NCBI GenBank assembly: GCA_040954595.2
Contig: CM082577.2
Coordinates: forward strand, 14,143,903 to 14,207,902
From: Balanoglossus misakiensis
Taxonomy: Eukaryota > Animalia > Hemichordata
Reading direction: 5' to 3'
DNA length: 64,000 bases
Position 1 is the stretch's first letter. The number at the start of each line of letters is the position of its first letter. Shown here piece by piece: positions 12,841 through 24,342 of this stretch. The notes beneath the pieces were generated by a model that was not told the origin of the DNA, ran no database searches, and saw nothing but the letters and a program-made list of their open reading frames with translations. Position numbers and translations under genes: made by a program.

Positions 12841-14797
12841 TAGCAGAGCATGGTTTCGATCCATGGACCTCTGGGTTATGGGCCCAGCACGCTTCCGCTG
12901 CGCCACTCTGCTACGATAAGGGCGATCAGGTATTGAGCGAGTTCACTGACAAAACTGAGGGATGTCAACAGAGAAATACACCAAAAAAGTGAAATTATTA
13001 GCAGAGCATGGTTTCGATCCATGGACCTCTGGGTTATGGGCCCAGCACGCTTCCGCTGCGCCACTCTGCTACGATAAGAGCGATCAGGTATTGAGCAACT
13101 TCACTGACAAAAACTGAGGAATGTCAACAGAAAAATACTCCAAAAATGAAATTAATAGTTGAGCATGGTTTCGATCCATGGACCTCTGGGTTATGGGCCC
13201 AGCAGGCATCCGCTGCGCCACTCTGCTACGATAAGGGCGATCAGGTATTGAGCAACTTCACTGACAAAAACTGAGGAATGTCAACAGAAAAATATTCCAA
13301 AAATGAAATTAATAGTTGAGCATGGTTTCGATCCATGGACCTCTGGGTTATGGGCCCAGCACGCTTCCGCTGCGCCACTCTGCTACGATAAGGGCGATCA
13401 GGTATTGAGCAACTTCACTGACAAAAACTGAGGAATGTCAACAGAAAAATACTCCAAAAATGAAATTAATAGTTGAGCATGGTTTCGATCCATGGACCTC
13501 TGGGTTATGGGCCCAGCAGGCTTCCGCTGCGCCACTCTGCTACGATAAGGGCGATCAGGTATTGAGCAACTTCACTGACAAAAACTGAGGAATGTCAACA
13601 GAAAAATACTCTAAAAATGAAATTAATAGCAGAGCATTGTTTCGATCCATGGACCTCTGGGTTATGGGCCCAGCACGCTTCCGCTGCGCCACTCTGCTAC
13701 GATAAGGGCGATCAGGTATTGAGCAACTTCACTGACAAAAACTGAGGAATGTGAACAGAAAAATACTCCAAAAATGAAATTAATAGTTGAGCATGGTTTC
13801 TATCCATGGACCTCTGGGTTATGGGCCCAGCACGCTTCCTCTGCGCCACTCTGCTACGATAAGGGCGATCAGGTATTGAGCAACTTCACTGACAAAAACT
13901 GAGGAATGTCAACAGAAAAATACTCCAAAAATGAAATTAATAGTTGAGCATGGTTTCGATCCATGGACCTCTGGGTTATGGGCCCAGCACGCTTCCGCTG
14001 CGCCACTCTGCTACGATAAGGGGGATCAGGTATTGAGCAACTCCACTGACAAAAACTGAGGAATGTCAACAGAAAAATACTCCAAAAATGAAATTAATAG
14101 CAGACTATGGTTTCGATCCATGGACCTCTGGGTTATGGGCCCAGCAGGCTTCCGCTGCGCCACTCTGCTACGATAAGGGCGATCAGGTATTGAGCAACTT
14201 CACTGACAAAAACTGAGGAATGTCAACAGAAAAATACTCTAAAAATGAAATTAATAGCAGAGCATTGTTTCGATCCATGGACCTCTGGGTTATGGGCCCA
14301 GCACGCTTCCGCTGCGCCACTCTGCTACGATAAGGGCGATCAGGTATTGAGCAACTTCACTGACAAAAACTGAGGAATGTCAACAGAAAAATACTCCAAA
14401 AATGAAATTAATAGTTGAGCATGGTTTCTATCCATGGACCTCTGGGTTATGGGCCCAGCACGCTTCCTCTGCGCCACTCTGCTACGATAAGGGCGATCAG
14501 GTATTGAGCAACTTCACTGACAAAAACTGAGGAATGTCAACAGAAAAATACTCCAAAAATGAAATTAATAGTTGAGCATGGTTTCGATCCATGGACCTCT
14601 GGGTTATGGGCCCAGCACGCTTCCGCTGCGCCACTCTGCTACGATAAGGGGGATCAGGTATTGAGCAACTCCACTGACAAAAACTGAGGAATGTCAACAG
14701 AAAAATACTCCAAAAATGAAATTAATAGCAGACTATGGTTTCGATCCATGGACCTCTGGGTTATGGGCCCAGCACGCTTCCGCTGCGCCACTCAACT
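12841..14797 (-). tRNA. tRNA-iMet-CAT: tRNA-iMet block 7 (13 copies)
   Basis: Copies at ~157-bp period from 12841 to 14726. Confidence 0.92.
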
Positions 14798-15443
14798 ACG
14801 ATACGGGCATTCAGGTATTGAGCGAGTTCTCCGACTATGAGTGGTGATCGATTCACGGTTGGTCGTTGCCTGATCATCGCAACAGCCTGTAACTCAGACA
14901 AAAGCTATGACACTGTCAATTTACCTGCCGCACAATTACAATGCCCGAAAATAAAATATATATACAATGACACAAAAGAAGCAAAACGTTCGCGTCAGAG
15001 ATAGAAAATAAAGGATTGTTGAATTCATTTAAATTTAGTTAAATATTGATAAAAACAAGTTAACTATCTGATAATATCACTTCAGACCTCTGGAAGAATG
15101 TATATTCGGGAGAAAAGAAACACAAAGTATCATGTATACTAGAAATTGCATTATAAATTTAAACGTGAATTCATACAATGAGCCTCTGGCATGCAACTCT
15201 TAAAAATCCTCCAGTGGCCGTGTTAGTTTTGAAAAAAGGCAAAAATCTTTGAAAAAAACTATCAAAGACCGTTTAAAAGTTCAGAGTGGTTGGGTGAAGA
15301 TGTATATGACATGTGCGACGAAAATATTAGCAGAGCTTCCGCTGCGCCACTCTGCTACGATAAGGGCGATCAGGTATTGAGCGAGTTCACTGACAAAAAC
15401 TGAGGGATGTCAACAGAGAAATACACCAAAAAAGTGAAATTAT

Positions 15444-16463
15444 TAGCTGAGCATGGTTTCGATCCATGGACCTCTGGGTTATGGGCCCAGCACGCTTCCG
15501 CTGCGCCACTCTGCTACGATAAGGGCGATCAGGTATTGAGCGAGTTCACTGACAAAAACTGAGGGATGTCAACAGAGAAATACACCAAAAAAGTGAAATT
15601 ATTAGCTGAGCATGGTTTCGATCCATGGACCTCTGGGTTATGGGCACAGCACGCTTCCGCTGCGCCACTCTGCTACGATAAGGGCGATCAGGTATTGAGC
15701 AACTTCACTGACAAAAACTGAGGAATGTCAACAGAAAAATACTCCAAAAAGTGAAATTATTAGCAGAGCATGGTTTCGATCCATGGACCTCTGTGTTATG
15801 GGCCCAGCACGCTTCGGCTGCGCCACTCTGCTACGATAAGGGCGATCAGGTATTGAGCAACTTCACTGACAAAAACTGAGGAATGTCAACAGGAAAATAC
15901 TCCAAAAAGTGAAATTATTAGCAGAGCATGGTTTCGATCCATGGACCTCTGTGTTATGGGCCCAGCACGCTTCGGCTGCGCCACTCTGCTACGATAAGGG
16001 CGATCAGGTATTGAGCAACTTCACTGACAAAAACTGAGGAATGTCAACAGAAAAATATTCCAAAAATGAAATTAATAGCAGAGCATGGTTTCGATCCATC
16101 GACCTCTGGGTTATGGGCCCAGCACGCTTCCGCTGCGCCACTCTGCTACGATAAGGGCGATCAGGTATTGAGCAACTTCACTGACAAAAACTGAGGAATG
16201 TCAACAGAAAAATACTCCAAAAAGTGAAATTATTAGCAAAGCATGGTTTCGATCCATGGACCTCTGGGTTATGGGCCCAGCACGCTTCGGCTGCGCCACT
16301 CTGCTACGATAAGGGCGATCAGGTATTGAGCAACTTCACTGACAAAAACTGAGGAATGTCAACAGAAAAATACTCCAAAAAGTGAAATTATTAGCAGAGC
16401 ATGGTTTCGATCCATGGACCTCCGGGTTATGGGCCCAGCACGCTTCCGCTGCGCCACTCTGCT
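15444..16463 (-). tRNA. tRNA-iMet-CAT: tRNA-iMet block 8 (7 copies)
   Basis: Copies at about 15444, 15603, 15761, 15919, 16076, 16234, 16392. Confidence 0.92.
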
Positions 16464-17109
16464 ACGATACGGGCATTCAGGTATTGAGCGAGTTCTCCGA
16501 CTATGAGTGGTGATCGATTCACGGTTGGTCGTTGCCTGATCATCGCAACAGCCTGTAACTCAGACAAAAGCTATGACACTGTCAATTTACCTGCCGCACA
16601 ATTACAATGCCCGAAAATAAAATATATATACAATGACACAAAAGAAGCAAAACGTTCGCGTCAGAGATAGAAAATAAAGGATTGTTGAATTCATTTAAAT
16701 TTAGTTAAATATTGATAAAAACAATTTAACTATCTGATAATATCACTTCAGACCTCTGGAAGAATGTATATTCGGGAGAAAAGAAACACAAAGTATCATG
16801 TATACTAGAAATTGCATTATAAATTTAAACGTGAAGTCATACAATGAGCCTCTGGCATGCAACTCTTAAAAATCCTCCAGTGGCCATGTTAGTTTTGAAA
16901 AAAGGCAAAAATCTTTGAAAAAAACTATCAAAGACCGTTTAAAAGTTCAGAGTGGTTGGGTGAAGATGTATATGACATGTGCGACGAAAATATTAGCAGA
17001 GCTTCCGCTGCGCCACTCTGCTACGATAAGGGCGATCAGGTCTTGAGCGAGTTCACTGACAAAAACTGAGGGATGTCAACAGAGAAATACACCAAAAAAG
17101 TAATATTAT

Positions 17110-17967
17110 TAGCTGAGCATGGTTTCGATCCATGGACCTCTGGGTTATGGGCACAGCACGCTTCCGCTGCGCCACTCTGCTACGATAAGGGCGATCAGGT
17201 ATTGAGCAACTTCACTGACAAAAACTGAGGAATGTCAACAGAAAAATATTCCAAAAATGAAATTAATAGCAGAGCATGGTTTCGATCCATCGACCTCTGG
17301 GTTATGGGCCCAGCACGCTTCCGCTGCGCCACTCTGCTACGATAAGGGCGATCAGGTATTGAGCAACTTCACTGACAAAAACTGAGGAATGTCAACAGAA
17401 AAATACTCCAAAAAGTGAAATTATTAGCAGAGCATGGTTTCGATCCATGGACCTCTGGGTTATAGGCCCAGCACGCTTCGGCTGCGCCACTCTGCTACGA
17501 TAAGGGCGATCAGGTATTGAGCAACTTCACTGACAAAAACTGAGGAATGTCAACTGAAAAATACTCCCAAAATGAAATTAATAGCAGAGCATGGTTTCGA
17601 TCCATGGACCTCTGGGTTATTGGCCCAGCACGCTTCCGCTGCGCCACTCTGCTACGATAAGGGCGATCAGGTATAGAGCAACTTCACTGACAAAAACTGA
17701 GGAATGTCAACAGAAAAATACTCCAAAAATGAAATTAATAGTTGAGCATGGTTTCGATCCATGGACCTCTGGGTTATGGGCCCAGCAGGCTTCCGCTGCG
17801 CCACTCTGCTACGATAAGGGCGATCAGGTATTGAGCAACTTCACTGACAAAAACTGAGGAATGTCAACAGAAAAATACTCCAAAAATGAAATTAATAGTT
17901 GAGCATGGTTTCGATCCATGGACCTCTGGGTTATGGGCCCAGCACGCTTCCGCTGCGCCACTCTGCT
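17110..17967 (-). tRNA. tRNA-iMet-CAT: tRNA-iMet block 9 (6 copies; TAT anticodon at 17425, AAT at 17582)
   Basis: Copies at about 17110, 17267, 17425, 17582, 17739, 17896. Confidence 0.92.
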
Positions 17968-18613
17968 ACGATACGGGCATTCAGGTTTTGAGCGAGTTCT
18001 CCGACTATGAGTGGTGTTCGATTCACGGTTGGTCGTTGCCTGATCATCACAACAGACTGTAACTCAGACAAAAGCTATGACACTGTCAATTTACCTGCCG
18101 CACAATTACAATGCCCGAAAATAAAATATATATACAATGACACAAAAGAAGCAAAGAGTTCGCGTCAGAGATAGAAAATAAAGGATTGTTGAATTCATTT
18201 AAATTTAGTTAAATATTGATAAAAACAATTTAACTATCTGATAATATCACTTCAGACCTCTGGAAGAATGTATATTCGGGAGAAAAGAAACACAAAGTAT
18301 CATGTATACTAGAAATTGCATTATAAATTTAAACGTGAAGTCATACAATGAGCCTCTGGCATGCAACTCTTAAAAATCCTCCAGTGGCCATGTTAGTTTT
18401 GAAAAAAGGCAAACATCTTTGAATAAAACAATCAAAGACCGTTTAAAAGTTCAGAGTGGTTGGGTGAAGATGTATATGACATGTGCGACGAAAATATTAG
18501 CAGAGCTTCCGCTGCGCCACTCTGCTACGATAAGGGCGATCAGGTATTGAGCGAGTTCACTGACAAAAACTTAGGAATGTCAACAGAGAAATACACCAAA
18601 AAAGTGAAATTAA

Positions 18614-19156
18614 TAGCAGAGCATGGTTTCGATCCATAGACCTCTGGGTTATGGGCCCAGCACGCTTCCGCTGCGCCACTCTGCTACGGTAAGGGCGATC
18701 AGTTTTTGAGCGACTTCACTGACAAAAAGTGAGGAATGTCGACAGAAAAATTCGCCAAAATTGAAATTATTAGCAGAGCACGGTTTCGATCCAAGGACCT
18801 ATGGGTTATGGGCCCAGCACGCTTCCGCTGCGCCACTCTGCTACGATAAGGGCGATCAGGTATTGAGCGACTTCACTGACAAAAACTGAGGGATATCAAC
18901 AGAAAAATACCCCAAAAGTGAAATTATTAGCAGAGCATGTTTTCGATCCATGGACCTCTGGGTTATGGGCCCAGCACGCTTCCGCTGCGCCACTTTGCTA
19001 CGGTAAGGGCGATCAGGTATTGAGCGACTTCACTGACAAAAACTGAGGGATATCAACAGAAAAATACCCCAAAAGTGAAATTATTAGCAGAGCATGTTTT
19101 CGATCCATGGACCTCTGGGTTATGGGCCCAGCACGCTTCCGCTGCGCCACTTTGCT
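18614..19156 (-). tRNA. tRNA-iMet-CAT: tRNA-iMet block 10 (4 more diverged copies)
   Basis: Copies at about 18614, 18771, 18928, 19085, each with T-arm or stem substitutions. A 16-nt partial copy at 19242 ends the array. Confidence 0.85.
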
Positions 19157-19358
19157 ACGGTAAGGGCGATCAGGTATTGAGCGACTTCACTGACAAAAAC
19201 TGAGGAATGTCAACAGAAAAATACTCCAAAAATGAAATTATTAGCAGAGCATGGTTTAAACGTGAATTCATACAATGAGCGTCTGGCATGCAGCTCTTAA
19301 AATTCCTCCAGTGGCCATGTTAGTTTTTTGAAAAATGACAAAAATCTTTGAAAAAACC

Positions 19359-19872
19359 CTAAAAACGTCCATATACTGTATAATAATAAAAAAAACACAA
19401 ATGGGAATACTCTTGAAAAATGCTTGAAAATATGCTGTTAGTCGCTCTATCTGATGAACAGATCGTATCAAGTAAAACAGTTGAAGAATCTTGGAGGCTA
19501 CACTTAAAAGTGTACATGTTGTGTTCTTGTAAAAGACAAAATATATCATGGGTTTCAAACAATTCATACACAAAATGGAAGCTGGATTTCACGGAGCGAC
19601 AGTGAAATAAAACAATCCGTAAGCTGTTTTTGCGTTCTGTCATGGCGTCTGTGATTTATAATATTTTCGTACAAGAGTTTCCTGAGGCCAATTTACAGGA
19701 TCAAGAGTAGCTCTAATGTCAGCATCAGATAATTCAACCATAAAAGAAGCATACTATCATATTTTGTTTTCAGTTTTGTACAGTTTACACGTACACCTAC
19801 ATCAAATTTGTCAGAAGCATAGCGCTCAACAACTTCACATGTTGTTGCTGGATTCAACCGGGACACAAAAAG
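19359..19872 (-). mobile_element. Rearranged CR1/L2-group LINE remnant (ORF1 C-terminus joined to the ORF2 end and 3' UTR)
   Basis: The minus strand of 19660-19870 reads FVSRLNPATTCEVVERYASDKFD...TKYDSYASF...NWPQETLVRKYY (ORF1-like). 19360-19570 matches the 3' end of the LINE at 32050-32330 (LLDTICSSDRATNSIF versus LLDAICSSDRATDSIF). Confidence 0.65.
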
Positions 19873-22800
19873 TTATTGCTTAAATAACCCCTACGTATTT
19901 CACATCTCTTAGATTTAGCCTTCTAACACCTTCAAAATGAATTTTGTCATCTGTGATGACAGAATTATGTATATCACATGATGGGGCAATAATACTGGCT
20001 ACTCTTTTTTTGCCAGCATTATCTCTGTGAAAATTTCAAAATCAAAATTTAAAAGCCATAGAAATCAAAGTATTCATGTACTGCAAATGTCACACTTTGG
20101 AGGAAACAAGCAATGACTTATTGAGGTGACCAGTCTCTGTTGAAAGTAAACATGTAAATTTCCTTTGTTCTGTCAATAGAAAAAAATCAATATCTTTTTT
20201 TATCAAACAGGTGTATCACGTGTCCCTGTTTTTGTTTTTTGTTTTTCATTTTTTTTGTATGGCTGGCTATGCAATTGCTTCATTATTTCATAAAATCTGT
20301 ATCTCCTCTTTCAATAATGCATGATTTTCTTACACATGTGAACTTTGCCTGGTTTGACTGAGTAATCTCTGATTGTACAAATCAGAATGAATAATGGGGT
20401 ATTTCACGTACTGTGGGAAGAGTCACTTGATTTTGTTCATTGAGAAGGGGCAGCATTTTTGTGCAAGAAATCGGTGGAGGGTCAGTATTTTTCATGCATT
20501 CAGATTTCGAATCGCACCGCCCCCCCCCCCCCCACTGTTAATTCTGAACAGGCCCTCATGTTTTCCGAATGTGTGGATTATGAGCCGGCGTGGTGTCACC
20601 TAGATTGTTCGGGGACTTAGAGTTTAATACGAAGCGTGGAGTTTAAGAACATAGCAACAAGAAAAACAGTGTACTATTTGGTAGAGAATTATGAAACACT
20701 AAGACAAGACATTTTTCAGCCCGGGCCAAGCACCACAATGATATCAAGAGATGGAAGTTTCCCCACAACCGAAATGACCTCATTTCGCAAGAATTTTAAG
20801 TAAACGAAGAAAATAAAAGCGAACAGTCGCTGTATAAAGAAGAAAGGCTATTGTTTTAACCTGTACCAAGTGTCAAATTGACATCATGACATTAATATGG
20901 CCAATTCTTTTGGAGTTTTATTCATTATTTATCTATGTCATCTTATAAATTAAATTCTTGCGTCATTAGAACACATTGCTCTACTCAGCCTAGACATATT
21001 GGAATACGTCTACTGTGAAATGTCTGTCGCTGTGAAGGCGCTTCTAAATATCTCCGTGCATACGCGTAAATATATTAACCATTTCTCATTTTCATACCAA
21101 TGGCTCCCTCGATACCCCTAAAATTGTAGCCCCCTTCAACATCAGCCTGCATTAATACAGTTCAAGCTAGCTCCCACCGACACGATCAATTTTTCTCTCC
21201 AGGGAATTTCTGACAGTGTTGACTAATTTGCACTTGTCAAGAAAATAATTAGATCGTAAGACAATGATGAATTTCTGTTGTTGTTTTTTTTGCTCAAGAT
21301 AAAATATTAGCTCATTCCTCTGGCAGGGGAACATTCTAAGGTTAAAATTAGTGATGAGACAAAAAAACTTTTAACAGCTCACTAGTTGTATCTTGTCATA
21401 TTATTTAGAGTGTGTTGGTTCTCCGCATAAAACAATATTAGTTTCACGTACGAAATAATTTCAGCATAGCTGCATGTGTAGTAACTATACTGACGTACAT
21501 CATTAATAGTAAAAGTTCGATAATATGCAAACTACATTTAATTAACGTGATATCATAAAATATTTCATGAGACATTGACATGCCCCTGAGATAAATACCT
21601 GTTCAGTTAATTTCCACTGAGTTTGTGATGATGTTTTAGAAATATATCATTAATTAGAAAAGTTCAACTTTGCTACTTAATAAAAATCGGGGGAACGTTT
21701 CCCATCATAATGATTTCCATACAACCAGTAAGTTTCAACGAAGTAGGTAAATCAAATTTGTCAGAAGTATAGCGCTCAACAACTTCACATGGTGTTGCTG
21801 GATACAACCGGGACACAAAAAGTGTCCATACACTCCGCGGTCTTGCGCCTTGAAGGCCAGCTGTAGTACTCGGCTCAGTTCCAATCACAGGCTGGGTTCT
21901 CTTCCGTTTTCGTCGTAAAATTCCTATAGAACTTTCCGCACTGTATCATATGGAAGACGTGTATAAGTTTGTGGTCATTCCAGACAGTTGAAAAATGCCT
22001 TGCTTCTGCTCAATGACTACTACATGGATATGCACACAACTACCTCTTTTTTGTGTGTGGGGGGGGGGGGGGTGTGTTTCCTGCTGGCCACTGATCTGCG
22101 TTGAATTTTGCACATAAATTGCATGAAATCAATTGTTAATTTATGGACATTTTTTCCTAACCTTTGACGTTTATTCGATACGTCTTAATATTTATATGTG
22201 TACGTACAGTATGGTATTCAACGCTTTCGCGCCAGGACTACAGTTTAAGCTTTTGTATCAGAACAAAAATGACGCATACCGCATGACATTAATATTACGT
22301 ATAGGAAACAGATTAGATGGATGGGTTTCAATATCCATGTATTGACCAGCCATTTAAGAGCATACACCTGTCTTACCGAGAAAACGTTGAGTCGCTTCAA
22401 AATGTATGCTTAGAGGCGCAGAAGTCGTAGTTGCCATATTATCTGAACAGCATGTAGCTCAGACAAAAGCTACGGCCCTCTCAATTTACCTGCCACACAA
22501 TAACGATGCCCGAAAATGACTCTGACACAAAAGAAGCAAAAAAACGTTCGTGACAGAGATAGAAATTGAACAATTATTACATGCATTTCAATTTAGTTAA
22601 ATATTAATAAAAGCAATTTAACGATCTAATAATGTCATTTGACACCTCTTGAAGAATACATATTCGGGAGAAAAGAAACACAGAGTGTCAGGTATACTAG
22701 ATAGAAATTACATTAGAAATTTAAACGTGAAGACATTAAACGAGCCTCCGGCACGCGCACTGAGCTCTTAAAATTCCTTCGGTGGCCATGTTAGTTTTTC

Positions 22801-23718
22801 AGAAATGACAAAAATCTTTGAAAATAAACTTCTTCAAGAACCTTTTCTCAAGAACCATTTGACAGTTCGGAATGGTTGGGTGACTACTCATATGTGCGGC
22901 GACTTTTGCATAGTGGTTCTCTTAGATTAACCAAATCTGCATAATATGTTACCCTTTATTTCTTATATTTGTACATATTTAATTCCATGCTAAAAAGTGA
23001 CCAGTGGGGTTCGTTTTGTCGACGATGGATCAACCCGGGCCCAGAATTTAACCCAACTTCTGGATGACATTTGACCAACATCAGCATATACAGTATATGT
23101 GTCCCTTGTATTTTTTGGAACACGGCACTATATGGAGCCGTTCATAAAATGACAACTTTGCAAATACGTTGTGTTAATTGCGCTCCTGCCTTATTAAAGG
23201 TTTCATATTTATGTTAAATGGGATACGTGAACACCCCAGCTCGGGAATATAAAATCTGCAGTACAGTGGTGAAAACTGACTAATTTGGATTCGCCTTATC
23301 AATTCGCGGGCACAGAACCATTGGGCCAAACCGCATCCCGTAGACTGCAGTTATTCTTACTAAAATAACAAACACTTTGCAAAAAATGTCAACGCAGTTT
23401 CATTAAAGTCCGTTGATTTATACGATATTTCATGACATATAATCCCAAAATAATCCTAATTGTGGTCATCGTTCAGAAACTAAAGGGACTTGTACAAATG
23501 CTTAAAAGCATAATATCAAATGGTACAAGCAATGTGATTATACAAATTATCCGTTGTATGCGATTGGCCTTCTTACGATTGAGTGACGTGAATTAACACC
23601 ACCAATAAAAGCGCGTGGGTGTACCTATAGCAACTGACTGATGTACTTGTTTGTCACAACCCTGTATCCCCCTCAGTTTAAATTGTGCTCTGCGTGTAAA
23701 ACAGGATGAAACACTAAG

Positions 23719-23782
23719 ATGTGTCAACTAGTCTTAATTTCGCTGTTATTGCTACATTGTACGCGCATAACCGAAGGAACAG
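23719..23782 (+). CDS. Signal-peptide first exon (copy 1) of the SRCR-pentraxin gene
   Basis: MCQLVLISLLLLHCTRITEGT followed by G|GTAAGA. Hydrophobic core; the phase-1 donor is compatible with the phase-1 acceptor at 49561. CCAAT/ATTGG and TGACGT motifs lie within 160 bp upstream. Confidence 0.6.
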
Positions 23783-24342
23783 GTAAGAGAAAACTTTGTA
23801 GTTTTGCAAGTTGTGCCTTGGTATTAATTTTACTGCTGAAGATTACCATTTTGGTTTTCTTTGTTTGCGGCTGTTCGACTGCATTTGTCATTAAATTCCG
23901 ATAACAGAACTGTAATGATTGCCAACAACTGTTTCATTGACCTTTCATGAAGTAGCTTTGTAAAAGTCGTAGTTTTTATTTGGATTAGACGTTCTACAGA
24001 CGGGTAGAGCGTCTCTGTCACTGATCTTGTTTTCCGTTTAAAGCGGACCTTTTGTTTAAAATAGAAAATAGAACAGTGACAATGGATCGCTGTTCAAATT
24101 GCTTTATTTTAGCAAAATAGTTGATCAACTTACTGTCATGATATTATTTCGGTGCTTTGTATAGGCTGGAAATTATTCTATTTACTGAAATTAATGTCAT
24201 TCAGCTAAAAGATTCATACCGCGTTCGATTGAATAGACTTCCCCATCCAATTCTCTCGTCGGCAGTTTGAATGTAAAAAGCATCCGTGAGTGTGGAGATG
24301 TTTCCAAAACCAACTTCACCGGCACTGTTCTATATTATTCTT

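Larger units (their letters stand above)
3388..19257 (-). repeat. Higher-order tandem array of initiator tRNA-Met genes (~64 full copies, ~157-161 bp unit, ten blocks separated by a ~530-bp spacer)
   Basis: Recurrent + strand TAGCAGAGCATGGTTTCGATCCATGGACCTCTGGGTTATGGGCCCAGCACGCTTCCGCTGCGCCACTCTGCT is the reverse complement of eukaryotic tRNAi-Met. Blocks hold 8, 7, 2, 3, 7, 6, 13, 7, 6 and 4 copies, plus one degenerate copy at 3461. Confidence 0.95.

Noticed and set aside
4002-17857. Short ORFs within the array (e.g. MSTEKYTKKVKLLAEHGFDPWTSGLWAQHASAAPL)
   Set aside because: Incidental translations of the tRNA antisense strand and spacers.
3388-19257. CRISPR-like repeat/spacer array
   Set aside because: The repeat is a 72-nt tRNA, the intervening sequences are near-identical rather than unique, there are no cas genes, and the context is eukaryotic.
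3388-19257. tRNA-derived SINE cluster
   Set aside because: Units are complete tRNA genes with constant flanks and terminators; no SINE body, tail or TSDs.
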